Assembly: GCA_050575255.1 (NCBI GenBank)
Contig: JBNZDD010013721.1
Span: 7,997,671 to 8,061,670, forward strand
Length of the DNA stretch: 64,000 nucleotides
Reading direction: 5' to 3'
Source: Harriotta raleighana
Taxonomy: Eukaryota
A program made the position numbers and the translations under genes. The notes under the pieces were generated by a model. That model saw only the letters and a list, made by a program, of their open reading frames with translations, was not told where the DNA came from and did not search any database. Positions 51,651-62,762 of the stretch are shown piece by piece (the stretch's first letter is position 1; each line of letters opens with the position of its first letter).

Positions 51651-52394
51651 GTTGATAGCATGTTCCCTTTGAGTCAGAAGGTTATGGGTTTAAAGCCCCT
51701 CCTCAGAACCTTTTGGAACGGCCACCGAAATAATCATAGAGATGACAAAACAGCCACAGATTTATGCCCTAAAGCAAGAGATATTCCATCAAGAAACATT
51801 GATATAAAGAGGATGAAATGTTAAACCTCAATCCCATCTGGCATTATTTGTAAAGAAACGTGAGTTTCCCCTGTCCAACAATGAACACAGCCCCAGATAA
51901 GAAAAAATTGGTCTTGAGCTCCATTGCTGTTTGTCAGGCATTTCTATGCACAAATTGGACGCTGCATTGCCTTACAAAAACAGTCGCCACATTTTAAAAG
52001 TAAATCCCATGAGAAGCCCTTTGAGATGTTTTCACAACGTGATAAGGCGTTATATCAAGCGCAAAGATTGTTATTGTTTTCAGATCTCAATTGTTTCCTG
52101 ATTAAGAAAGTGGTTTCGATTTAGAATGAAAAGGACACACAAGGATGTCGACTTCCTGTATGGAACTTGGTGGCATCTGAGCTCCTGTGGGCTGTGGAAA
52201 TGTCACCTATTGAAGACAACCGGTCTGGGTCAAAATGTAAAGCCTGCAGTGTTAGATTGATAAAGCAAAGATTCACTGAATTATCAGGAGACTGCAGGAT
52301 AAATCTCGCTCAATTTGTGGGGACCTATCATGCACTAATTTCCCATTGTAAACAGTTAACACAAACATTGTTATCAAAAGGCATTAGTGCCTGC

Positions 52395-52503
52395 CCATAA
52401 AATATACAGTCGATTCACTTTACATTCTGTAATGTGTTTTGAAATGTCTCCAAGACGTGATAAAGCAGTATGTCAAATGCAAAGACTAGGATTATTATTT
52501 ATT
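52395..52503 (+). mobile_element. SINE 3' half
   Basis: CCCATAAAATATACAGTCGATTCACTTTACA...GACGTGATAAAGC..TCAAATGCAAAG; further decayed tails at ~53205-53320, 54085-54190, 60590-60715. Confidence 0.75.
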
Positions 52504-53659
52504 ACAGATTCCCTTTACCTTGGTACGCTTTACCTCTGGTTTGAACACCTAAACCTGCGCATTTAATTTGGATGTGTTTACCGACATTGTAGTACGGGAA
52601 ATTACTTAAGTAACAATGGTAGTGAGACTGAAGGGATTTGAAGGTCAGGACCACATCTGAAAGTCGATCTAGTACAATCTCTGAGAGCTATGTTCTAATA
52701 ATGGATGTACCAATTGGATTTCTTTTATTTGAAAGCAGCCTTTGTTGCTTGCGCAACCAAAAGGTGAGCAGCATATGTGAACTCACGTTACAAGTGAGTA
52801 TGTCGGTAAACAAGTGATGGTATCACACAAGCAGCAGAGTGAAGCCATGTTCTTTCGCAGCTGGGTTTGAATCCAGCCAGACGGATGAGATGAAAAGGCT
52901 TGTCCCAAGAGGAAGTCCTGTGTGAAATGGCTTGAAGCTATCTTGTCCCGGTTTATAAGGGTCACCACCCCCTCAGCGGAAAAAGAAGGCTTTACAGTCT
53001 GCTGAGCTGCTGGAGTTAGTTCCATTCCCCCCCCCCCGTTTCCCCACCCCCAATCCACTCCACACACACGCACACAGACACACAGATTTTGCACTTTGTT
53101 TTGCATCCAAATGAAAAACTGTTGACTGTTCATTACTTTATAGCTTTGAATTTGCACAGGATCTAACATATATCCAAGACTACACATCGCCAGACTACAT
53201 GTCAGACATTGTGCATTTTCCTGCCAAATACACAGTCACTGTGCTATCAAGTAAATCCTGTGTGGTGCTTTGAGATGTCCTCCTCATAGTCACTACAGCA
53301 AATGCAGAAATTATTACTTACACAGTGCGACCATCAGTGTAACATCGCTTGTAACACAATTATAAAGGCACAATAAGTGACGATCATTTTGCTTACAAAT
53401 ATACTACAATAGCAATCACTTGCTCTTCACATAGGATAACATCTCAAAACCTGTACCTGAGAAAGGAAGAATGTTTTAAGTAGATTACAGACAATCCTGC
53501 AAAGAGCTTTGAGGTGTTTTGACAATGCAATAAGGCGCTATATCCATTGGAGGGGAGGGTGAGAGCTTTTGTGTGCGAATGAAAACTCATAAAGCAAATC
53601 AGAGAGAAAATAAAGTTTTTATTTGCTGTTTCTAATCTACAGCAAATGGACTGACAATC

Positions 53660-53912
53660 ACATTGAGAACAATAAAGATCAGGAAATAATTACATTGAGA
53701 ATAATAGATGCCAGGGAATGATCCTTTTGAGGAGAATAGTTATCGGGGAGTGATTAGCTGTAGAATAATCAATTGGGGCATGTGGTTATACTGAGAGTAC
53801 TAAACGATGAGCAGTATTTACATTAAAATAAAAGATACTAGGAAGTGATTATATTGAGAATAATTAAAGCCGGAAAGAGATTATGATGAGAATAATAAAT
53901 ACCAGAGTGATT
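53660..53912. repeat. Degenerate minisatellite, 8 x ~32 bp
   Basis: Approximate consensus AYATTGAGAATAATARAKRCCAGGRARTGATT; units of 32,32,32,32,32,31,32,30 bp. Confidence 0.8.
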
Positions 53913-54520
53913 TCACCAAGGGCACTGCTTTGTAAGGGGGTGAATAGGGGATAGTTTGCTTATTGCAATTAGTTTAACTGGTTTACAAATGTTCTCTGAA
54001 TATTATGCTTCAGCTGCTGTCTCTAACTCACTTTGTTCTATTTATCATTTTGTACCAGAATTAATTCCATCGGTTAATTGTTGAATGTTTACCTACAAAT
54101 ACAATCACCCCACTTTACACTAGATCCTGTGAAATGCTTTGTGACGTCCTCCTGAAGTGAAGCGGGCGAGAGCGAATGCAAAGGATTATGTTACCATTTA
54201 TTGATTTTGCTTTTCATTGAGCATTTTTATCCACTTCTGCAGATTCCTTTTGGTCTTGATAACTTGCAAGCACTCTGAAGCGTAATACATTGTCATGATA
54301 ATGTTTAACCCACCCACAGAACAACAGCATCAAGAGAGAGTGGTAGATTTTAACACCTTACTGAGGAATTGAAGCACATGAGAGAATGTTTTCAACGTGT
54401 GAATTATAGCATTACGATGCAGTCGCTTAATTTTACAGTAAATGATGCGAAACGCTTAAGATGTTTTCCAAATGGGAAAGGTACAATTTCAAACATCTGA
54501 ATTTTGTAAATTGTGTATTG

Positions 54521-54816
54521 TGTAGCTCAGAGGTTAGAGCACTCGCTTTACAAGTGACAGACCAGGATTCATCTGCAGGCAGGGTGCAACCTTGGGCAAG
54601 TATCCTTACTTCACACGTCTAATAATAATCCCTCAAAAAAATTTGATCATTTCAATCCACAAATGTTTGTGGGACACCACTGTACGCATTTGGCGGCCGT
54701 GTTTCGCCCACATATATATGGTCAATTCGCTTCACATTATATTCTGTGAAGCGCTTTGAAACGTTCAGAAGTGAAAAACACGATATAAAAATGCAAGGAT
54801 TAGTATTAATATTATT
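54521..54816 (+). mobile_element. tRNA-headed SINE (family A), full length
   Basis: TGTAGCTCAGAGGTTAGAGCACTCGC..., CAACCTTGGGCAAGTATCCTTACTTCACA, tail ATGCAAGGATTAGTATT. Confidence 0.9.
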
Positions 54817-55568
54817 GTGCTAATAAATAATAGCAAACTATAAATCATGAATATGAGGAACGCAGAACTTGATTTTATGACGCAACTAGGAGTGGGAAAC
54901 ATCCCTTTAAAGAAATAGTGAGAGATTTTTCACATTTCCCTTTAGCAAGCAGTATTTTCCAGTCCTCGTTCTCTGATCAGCAGGTTAGGAAGACAGATGG
55001 CTTCACGCAGTCTTTCTTTGCCTCTTCCCCTCTTGAACCAGCCACTGGAGGGTGCATGAGAACGGTGTGGCCTGAACCAGGATCATGCGTAGCCTTCCAC
55101 CCCAAATAGCCACTGACCCCATTGAAAGATCTTGCTGTGTGGGAATTGTTCAGCTCAACCCACCCACAGCTCCCTGGTGCAATGCATCAGAGAGCTGATA
55201 GGTTTACCAACAAAACTGTTCTTAACCCAATTCTGCACCTCAAAAGTATGAATAGCCTTCTTCAAGCATTGTTCGTTTGTAAGTCAGTTGAAACTCCATT
55301 CAATCATGCAGATGTATATATATATATATATATACACCGAGATTTAATTCTACTCGAGAAAACTAAACATCAGAACAAATCATTCTTAAATATAGTGATT
55401 TTTCACGTGTACGTTTCAAAGACGCTACATTGTAAATGTGTGCGGAATTTGTTCAATCCCAGAGCTGGGCTGCAATAACAGTACCGGAGACTCGCATTCT
55501 CGACATCTTGCTAAGATTTTGCCTGATCAACAGTAGCTGCACAGAGCAAACCACAGCAAGCCAAATAC

Positions 55569-55649
55569 CTTGGGAACGGATGGAAGAATAGCCAAAGAGC
55601 AGAGCATCAAACACAAAGTCTTGAAGGCAAAGGCACCCCCTTTGAACAT
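55569..55649 (-). CDS. Candidate coding exon segment, signal-peptide-like (unidentified gene)
   Basis: ATG directly after an in-frame TAG; 27 codons MFKGGAFAFKTLCLMLCSLAILPSVPK, then AAG|GTATTT donor; upstream acceptor TTTCTCTATCACAG| opening at 55772; no homology recognised. Confidence 0.3.
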
Positions 55650-56476
55650 CTAAAATCTTTTGTAGATTAGGAATAAAAGGAATGATCGAACGGCGATCGA
55701 ACGCACTGCGCGCATCAGTACCGACCCCTTGAGCGCAGAAGCCAAAGCAGGAACGGAGCAAGTACTCATTAACTGTGATAGAGAAATGCTATGACCAAAA
55801 TCCTTCAGTGATTTGGAATAGAGTGACCGAACCACTAATGCATAAAACAATGGAAAAGCCTCTTTTTTTTTATTGAACACAAAGGCTGCGCTAACTGTAT
55901 CGCACTTAATGTCTTAAAATGGAAGTGTCACTGAATTTAATGTAGTACAATGGCACAACCAGGGACATGACAAGAACGCTGTAAATAGAATTTGCATTAA
56001 ACCAGGAATGCTTTGAGTTCAAATATAGCCTTTTCTTGTACAATGTCATTTCTGGTACTCGGCTGTCTCAATTCACGTTTTTATTTTACTGCAGATAATT
56101 AAGAACATGTTTTACTGACAATGGTCTCCCATAAGCATCTACTTAAGACATCAACTTTCCCAAGTCTGTCTAGTCCAAAAAGTCTGAATCAAAGCCTCTG
56201 GTTTTGGCACGGAGCCTAAATAAATCATCCGAGTCTTTATCACTCTGCACAAACACATGCCTTTGTTCGCAGACTCTTCTTCCTCAGAATGTCTGCATCT
56301 TAATTAATCCACTGCAAACATTTGAGTCAACTGCATTACAGTTGATTGCTACTAAGTAAAATGGTGTGCGTGGGTGGTGTGGGGGGGGGGTGGCAGTGGG
56401 GGGAAAGAAAGAGAGAGGTGCAGGGAGTGGGAAATTGCTCAATGAATAATATTATTAATTTATGCAGAAGACGGTA

Positions 56477-56892
56477 CAGTAAAATTCCGATAATCCGGCA
56501 CGTTCGGGACCTAGGCTGTGCTGGGTTAGAAAGTATGCCGGATTATTGGACGTTACTCTTAGAGATGGGAGGATTTGAGTGTGNGTTAGAAAGTATGCCG
56601 GATTATTGGACGCTACTTTTAGAGATGGGAGGATTTGAGTGTGCTGTCACAGCACACTGAAATCCTCCCATCCCTGTGCTCTTATCTATGTTACATACCT
56701 GTATAGCACTTATTAAAGCGTGCATGCGCATTTATTAAACGTGACATCAGTGACGGGCCTCCGAGGAAAATGCACCGAGTAGTGTGAAGGCTTTCTGGGA
56801 AGAGATGCGCATAGAGGAAAAGACGGAGGTTCCAGATGCCGGATTATAAAACATTCCGGATTAACAGATGCCGGATTAAAGGAATTTTCCTG
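56477..56892. mobile_element. Tigger/pogo-like MITE
   Basis: TA-CAGTAAAATTCCGATAATCCGGCA ... TGCCGGATTAAAGGAATTTTCCTG-TA: 24 bp TIR (3 mismatches), TA TSD, subterminal CCGGATTA repeats. Confidence 0.9.
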
Positions 56893-57591
56893 TATTACAA
56901 AAATACTCACCATTTCGGAAACCCCTTGCAGCATGTTTGCAGAAATGACTGGCAAATGTTTCTGACTTAACGACTTAACAGCCACAACAAAATTAGACTT
57001 GTATAGCGCCTTTTACGTCAGGAGGGTGAAAACAATGCTGAAAACAATGCAAATATCAAATATTACCTCTTATTGGATCGAACAAGGATGGAGAGTGAAA
57101 ACTGTTTGCTTAGGCACCAGAATAAAATGTTGAGGCTACACGATTTAATGGATTAGAATTATTTGTAAAATTGCCTGGATCTGAAGGGCTGTGATGTAAA
57201 GGAATTTTATCTTCAGGTATTAAATTTCTGGTAGCTAATGTTTCTGTACAGATCTGGGTGTATCTATTTCGGCTTGCAGTACCTTGCTGCTATTCATTAA
57301 AATCTTCATCTAAATTATAGTTATAATGTGCTGGCCTTTGAAAATTTGTACATTAAAATTCTACCAACGATTCCACAAATGCATAGTTCGAGAGAGAAAG
57401 AGAAAAAGAGACACAGAGAGAGAGAGCAAATTTATAGCATTCCAATAGAATTGCAAGGTTAAAAAATATGCCAAACAAATTGGGTCCTGGAGATTGTGGT
57501 GATGATATATTGAGAAGGAAATGCTATTAAAAAGTTACTATGGTTTAATCGTCCCATCATGATCAAAGAATGCTAGTAGTGGACTCTGGCA

Positions 57592-57909
57592 AATAATAAT
57601 AATCCTTGCATTTGATATAACGCTTTTCATATCTTCTGGACGTCTCAAAGTGTTTCACAGAATACTGTATACTGCAAAGTGAATTGATTGCATATTTGTG
57701 GGCGAAACACAGCAGCCAATTATGCACATCAGTGTCCCATCAACAGATGTGGATTGAAGTGACCAATTTATTATTGGGTTTTTTTCTTGAGGGATTATTA
57801 TCAGGCCTGTGGAGTAAGGAAACTTGCCCAAGGATTTGCCATGTCGGGAATCGAACCCAGGTCTCTCACTTGCAAGATGAGAGTTCTAACCACTGAGCTA
57901 CAGGACTCC
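57592..57909 (-). mobile_element. tRNA-headed SINE (family A), full length, best-preserved promoter
   Basis: Minus: GGAGTCCTGTAGCTCAGTGGTTAG (A box) ... GAGACCTGGGTTCGATTCCCG (B box) ... CCTTGGGCAAGTTTCCTTACTCCACA ... ATCAAATGCAAGGATTATTATT. Confidence 0.92.
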
Positions 57910-59683
57910 AAATGGCCCATATGAATTCAGATTTGGAAGTGACTAGAATTTGGAGGAGGTGAGCGTGTGTGTGTATATGTGTGTGTGTGTGTGCAAGGGT
58001 GGGGGGAAAGTGGTTTGCACGCTCATATGTGCTCTCCCACACAATTGTATGTACACTGACACATACACACAAGCAATGAGGAGGCAATAAACCACAAAGA
58101 GATGCTCAGCGGTATGGCATTGTAATGCATTAACCACGCCTTTCAGGAGATTCCTAATTCAACAAGTTCAGCTGTAACGCTCATGGATAAGGCTTGTGAT
58201 ACATTTGGGGAGAGGCAGAAATCAATCGATGAGAGCTAGAAGGAAGAGGTATTCTTTTTCTCAAAGAGTGAAAATGAGTTTTGCATATTTTACATTCCAT
58301 TGCGCGTGCAAAGCTATAAAAAGGTTTAAGAAGCACCGACTTTTTGTCTTCTGGTGAGGAGACAATCACTTGACTGGCTCCTGTTGAAAGGAGATCAGTA
58401 AAATTGTCAGTTGATTACTTTGCCTTGATTAGCATTTATAAGAGTCCTACGATACATATTTGCATTCCTATTTAGCTGAGATTTTGTGGGGCAGAAATGA
58501 TTAAACTTGTCACCTAAGCTGATTGACAGGGTCAGATCTTTGCTTTATATTCTTTTGAAATTAAAAACAAATGTGTCAACTTCTTCACGCAGCTGAGTGC
58601 TGAGAAGCTGGGCTGCCTTGTCATCGGAGATAGGTCAGGAATGTTTTAATTTTAGGGATAGATTCTAGTTGTCAAGTGAGTCTGATGGCGTGTAGTTCTG
58701 AAGACAGGATGTGAAGGGTGTATAGAAGAAGGCAGAACAACAGACCAAGACAAACACTCTCGCATCATTATCACAAGCAGCGGATACTTTCTCTGACAAT
58801 TTAATCACTTTGAATGGAGGCGAAAGTCTATCAAGCAAATGAATGGCATGGTCTTGCTGGTCAGTTTAAAGAATGAAATGATATTTGCCATTCGGCTATT
58901 AACTTTTTCACTGCCACGTTGCCATTTAATACCCATTTGTTGCTCCTCTATTCTTTTTGGTGCCTATTGTACTGGCGTTTGGGCATTTTTCAGTACTGAA
59001 TGAAAATGATGTGAAATGGCACCCTGCTCTGGTTAACAAAATACTTCCTGGTATCTGTTCTGAAATTTCTCTTTGTTGCTCAAACCTGTGCCCTCTGTAC
59101 TACTGCCTTGCCGCTGAAGTAAAGATCTGGGTTGCTTTAATCAATCCCATTTAAAAATGCATCTCACCTCCACAAAGTCCCCTCTAAGACATCTCTGAGG
59201 GTATTGATGAGTCACACACCTCAAGCATTGACTTATTTTTCTCTTTCGGGGGATAGCCTGCTTTGAATGTGAAGCATTTTCTGCTTTCATATAAAGTAAA
59301 TATTCTTTTGAGACAGGTATCATTCATTTGCTCTTTCAATATCTCAGAATCCATCCATGTTTTAAGGTAGGAAACAGACAGCAGTCAGATGATTACTATC
59401 AACTTGAGATGTTTTGTTGAAAAGTAAATACAGGTCTGTGCCAAATGCACAATGCATAATATCTGTTGATCTTTGGCTGCAGAAAAACTTGGTTCAACAT
59501 TTGGCATTTTCAACTCGTTTGATTAATTTGTCTTCCACAAGAGTCCATTAGAAACTGTTGGCTTGAGTTCAAAGCTAGCAAAATTCAAATGTGCACAGCA
59601 GGTGGCTCCTCAATCTGTGCACAGGTAAGTAACATTTGATTTACTTACTACTTTGCTGCATCCGTGAAACATTGTCTGCTTTC

Positions 59684-60107
59684 GACTTCATTGGCTCCCT
59701 ATCCCAGAGAGGATCGACTTCAAGATCCTCACCCTTGTTTTCAAATCCCTCCATTCCTCTGCACCTCCCTATCTCTCTGATCTCCTCTCCCCCCAAACCA
59801 GCACCCGCTGCCTTCGCTCCTCTGGGATCTGGCCTCTTCCATGTCCCCCGAATCCTCCGCTCCACCCTCGGTGGCCGTGCCTTCAGCCACTACATCCCGA
59901 GGCTCTGGAACTCTCTTCCTCACTCACTTCGCCTCGCCTCCTCTCTTCCCAGTTTCAGGTCACAGCTGAAGACCTTTCTCTTCGACCGTGCTTTTGGTCA
60001 CCTTTCTGCCCCTGGCTCGGTCCCGGGATCCTCTATTGTGAAGCGCTCTGAGACCCCATCCAGCGTGGAGGGCGCTATATAACTTGAAGTTGTTGTTGTT
60101 GTTGTTG
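59684..60107 (+). mobile_element. L2 3' end, best-preserved copy in the window
   Basis: LHWLPIPERIDFKILTLVFKSLH..PPYLSDLL, frameshift, then STLGGRAFSHYIPRLWNSLPHSLRLASSLPSFRSQLKTFLFDRAF; (GTT)6 tail. Confidence 0.92.
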
Positions 60108-61179
60108 ACTGATCACTGTTTATTAAAAGTGGCCAGTAGGGTAACTCTCACTGTCTGTCTCTATACTGTATTGACACACAATTGTGTCCCTTGCCAAGGT
60201 TAGGTGTAGCCTTCAGCACCAAGAGGTCTGTGAGGCAGCAGCTGAGCTTGGCTACTCCAGCGGAGAGAGGAGCAAACTGTACCTGTGTTGTTGCTAGGAA
60301 TGGCACTGACCATCTTCTCAATTGTATAGAGTCTGTCAATTCAAAAATAAAATGAACACACAAAATCGTTTGAGTAAATCTGCTCTCAATCTCGACGTCA
60401 AACCCCAGTTTATGTGCCCCATCAACAATGGTATGGTTGGGAGGCAGCCAGTGTAGTAATCTGATTGTCTGTTGCCTGCAATGATACCTATAATATAAAA
60501 TATCAACAACCTTTACAGAGTGATACAGGAGTGAAACACAGCAAGGATACAAGGACAGTGTAAACCTTCAGCATGAACCTAACATTTCTCTGTGCAAGCT
60601 GACTGTCACATTTCATCCAGAAAATACACAGTCAAGCAGTATATCACGTGAAACGTTTTAAGATGGTCTCGATGATGTGATAAGGCGATACATCAAATGC
60701 AAGGATTATTAGTACGATATAATAGTGGGCCAGAAGTGATTCTGACTCTTTAATGTGGGCTTTTGTACTTGGAGCAGAATTGACCTGTGTGTGTGTGTGG
60801 GTGTGCGAGTGCATGCGTGTGGGGGTCGGTGTGGGGGTGCTCTTAATTATCAATCCGTGCAGTTTGGATTCTTTTCCCTTCAAAATTACATGAAGAAATC
60901 TCACTCTATAGCACCACAGAAAGCAGAAACTTATAATTACAATAAATCACCAGAACCATTGCCAATAAAAACTGGCCTCAGACCAGCGCTAATAGATGTC
61001 AAAGCGGTGCCCTGTCAAGTAGGTAGAGTTGGCTCTTGTGTCAACATTACAGTGAAATCTATGTTAAAACGTCAACTCAAAGCTGGGCTTCTTCCACTCT
61101 GTTAGTTTACTCTCTCTTGCTGTGCGGAAATGAAACCTCAATTAAACAGGCCTCACTCATGTGAATGCTTTCAGTGATT

Positions 61180-61448
61180 ATAATAATCCCTGCATTTGAT
61201 ATAGCACTTTTCACGTCTCCTAGATGTCTTGAAGCGCTTCACGGAATGTACTGTAAAGTGAATTGATTGTACATTTGTGGACGAAACGCTGCAGCCAATA
61301 GCGCACAGCAGTGTCCTACAAACAGTTGTGGATTCATATAACCAATTTATTATAAGTTTGTTTTGGATGGATTATTATTAGGCCTGTGAAGTAAGGAAAC
61401 TTGCCCAAGGTTTCACCCTGGATTCGAAACACAGGTCTCACACTTCAA
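61180..61448 (-). mobile_element. SINE family A, 5'-truncated within the tRNA head
   Basis: TAATAATCCCTGCATTTGATATAG...GTAAGGAAACTTGCCCAAGG...GATTCGAAACACAGGTCTC. Confidence 0.85.
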
Positions 61449-62241
61449 ACGTGATATTTAAATAGAAAATTCAATCTGTTGTTGGCAATAAAAACAGGAA
61501 GAAAGCAATACGCACTGCAGGTTGCGTTCAGTGAAGCCGCAAAGCATTTCTAAGCTGTCTGTGACTGTACATCACTACGTTGCAATGATTCTCAAATAAT
61601 GCGTATNGATTCGAAACATAGGTCTCACACTTCAAATGTGATATTTAAATAGAAAATTCAATCTGTTGTTGGCAATAAAAACAGGAAGAAAGCAATACGC
61701 ACTGCAGGTTGCGTTCAGTGAAGCCGCAAAGCATTTCTAAGCTGTCTGTGACTGTACATCACTACGTTGCAATGATTCTCAAATAATGCGTATTATCTAA
61801 CAATTGGCCTGAACATTTACCTCAGTAAATATAATGGATAATAGCACTCTGGCATTGATCTTGGTGACATTCAACCATTTCAAACATAGCTAAAGAGTAA
61901 AGTTGTTTTGTAGCAACTACACAAGCTGGAACTGCAGAAATAGCCTGAATACAGGGGCAATGATGTGTGTCTCTTTTGTATTGCTGGACAGATTCACGGC
62001 CATTGTCTTACATGGATAAGGCTTTGAAAAAGACATAGCAGAAGGACAATTATTATTACATGGCAAGGACAGAGCTGCTAGATGACTTTAAAACTTTAAA
62101 ACATAAAGCAAAAACAGACAAATTCAAAAAAGGCGGGGGGAAAATTGGGAAATGAATACGACACACCACATGATACTTCTCACCAGTGTTCATCAACAAC
62201 AATGATGTGATAATTATTTTTGTTTCTGTGAGCACTCTAGT

Positions 62242-62762
62242 CTCTGAGTTGGGAGCACTCTCACCTCTGAGTTGGGAGCACTCTCACCTCTGAGTTGGGA
62301 GCATTCTCACCTCTGTGTCAGAAGATTGTGGTTCAAGTTCTGGATCAGGACTTTGCGCCCATGGTCAGAAATTTTCAGCCATTATGGGGAGGCCTTCAGG
62401 GCTGGCAGCCTCCAGGTGAGGCATTAAACCAAGCTCCCATCTGCCTGTTCGAGTGGATGTTAAAAAGCCCATGGCACTGCTGTAAGATATAAATTAGTCT
62501 CTCCCGGTCTCCTGGCCAACAATCCTCCACATAACATTGGTGATTCACTTCACGTCCTTTTGTGAAACATTGCTGTGCGCAAATTGGATGGCACGTTTGC
62601 CTATAAAAATGCACAGTAAAATCCTGTCAAGCACTTTGAGACGCCCTCCCAATGTGAAAGGCGCTGTATTAAATGCAAAAGTGATTACTGTATTTATTTC
62701 TTCGAGGCATTTTGACGATGCGATAAGGTGCCGTTTCAGATGCAAGGACTATTATTTATTAT
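62242..62762 (+). mobile_element. SacSINE1-like Deu-SINE with triplicated head and a second tail
   Basis: 3 x 23 bp CTCTGAGTTGGGAGCACTCTCAC, then GTCAGAAGATTGTGGTTCAAGT, Deu domain GTGGATGTTAAAAGCCCATGGCAC..GTCTCCTGGCCAAC, tail to ~62690 and an extra tail to ~62762. Confidence 0.85.

Larger units (their letters stand above)
51482..52080 (+). mobile_element. SacSINE1-like Deu-SINE interrupted in its A box
   Basis: GTGTCAACCTGGATCAGTTGATAGCAT [insert] GTTGATAGCATGTTCCCTTTGAGTCAGAAGGTTATGGGTTTAAAGCCC...GATGAAATGTTAAACC...TATATCAAGCGCAAAGATTGTTATT. Confidence 0.8.

Noticed and set aside
53660-53912. Possible CRISPR-like array
   Set aside because: Contiguous degenerate tandem units with no unique spacers, no cas genes, vertebrate context.
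56525-56643. 59 bp tandem duplication inside the MITE (repeated LESMPDYWTLLLEMGGFEC)
   Set aside because: Copies flank a single N (56584); assembly artefact.
57835-57909. tRNA-like sequence with A and B boxes
   Set aside because: Acceptor stem not formed and it runs into a SINE body; a SINE head, not a tRNA gene (same for the other copies).
59542-59630. Possible plus-strand exon ending CAG|GTAAGT
   Set aside because: Weak acceptor, unrecognised peptide, no partner exons; such donors occur by chance.
61421-61793. 186 bp tandem duplication
   Set aside because: Copies flank a single N (61607) and are nearly identical; assembly artefact.
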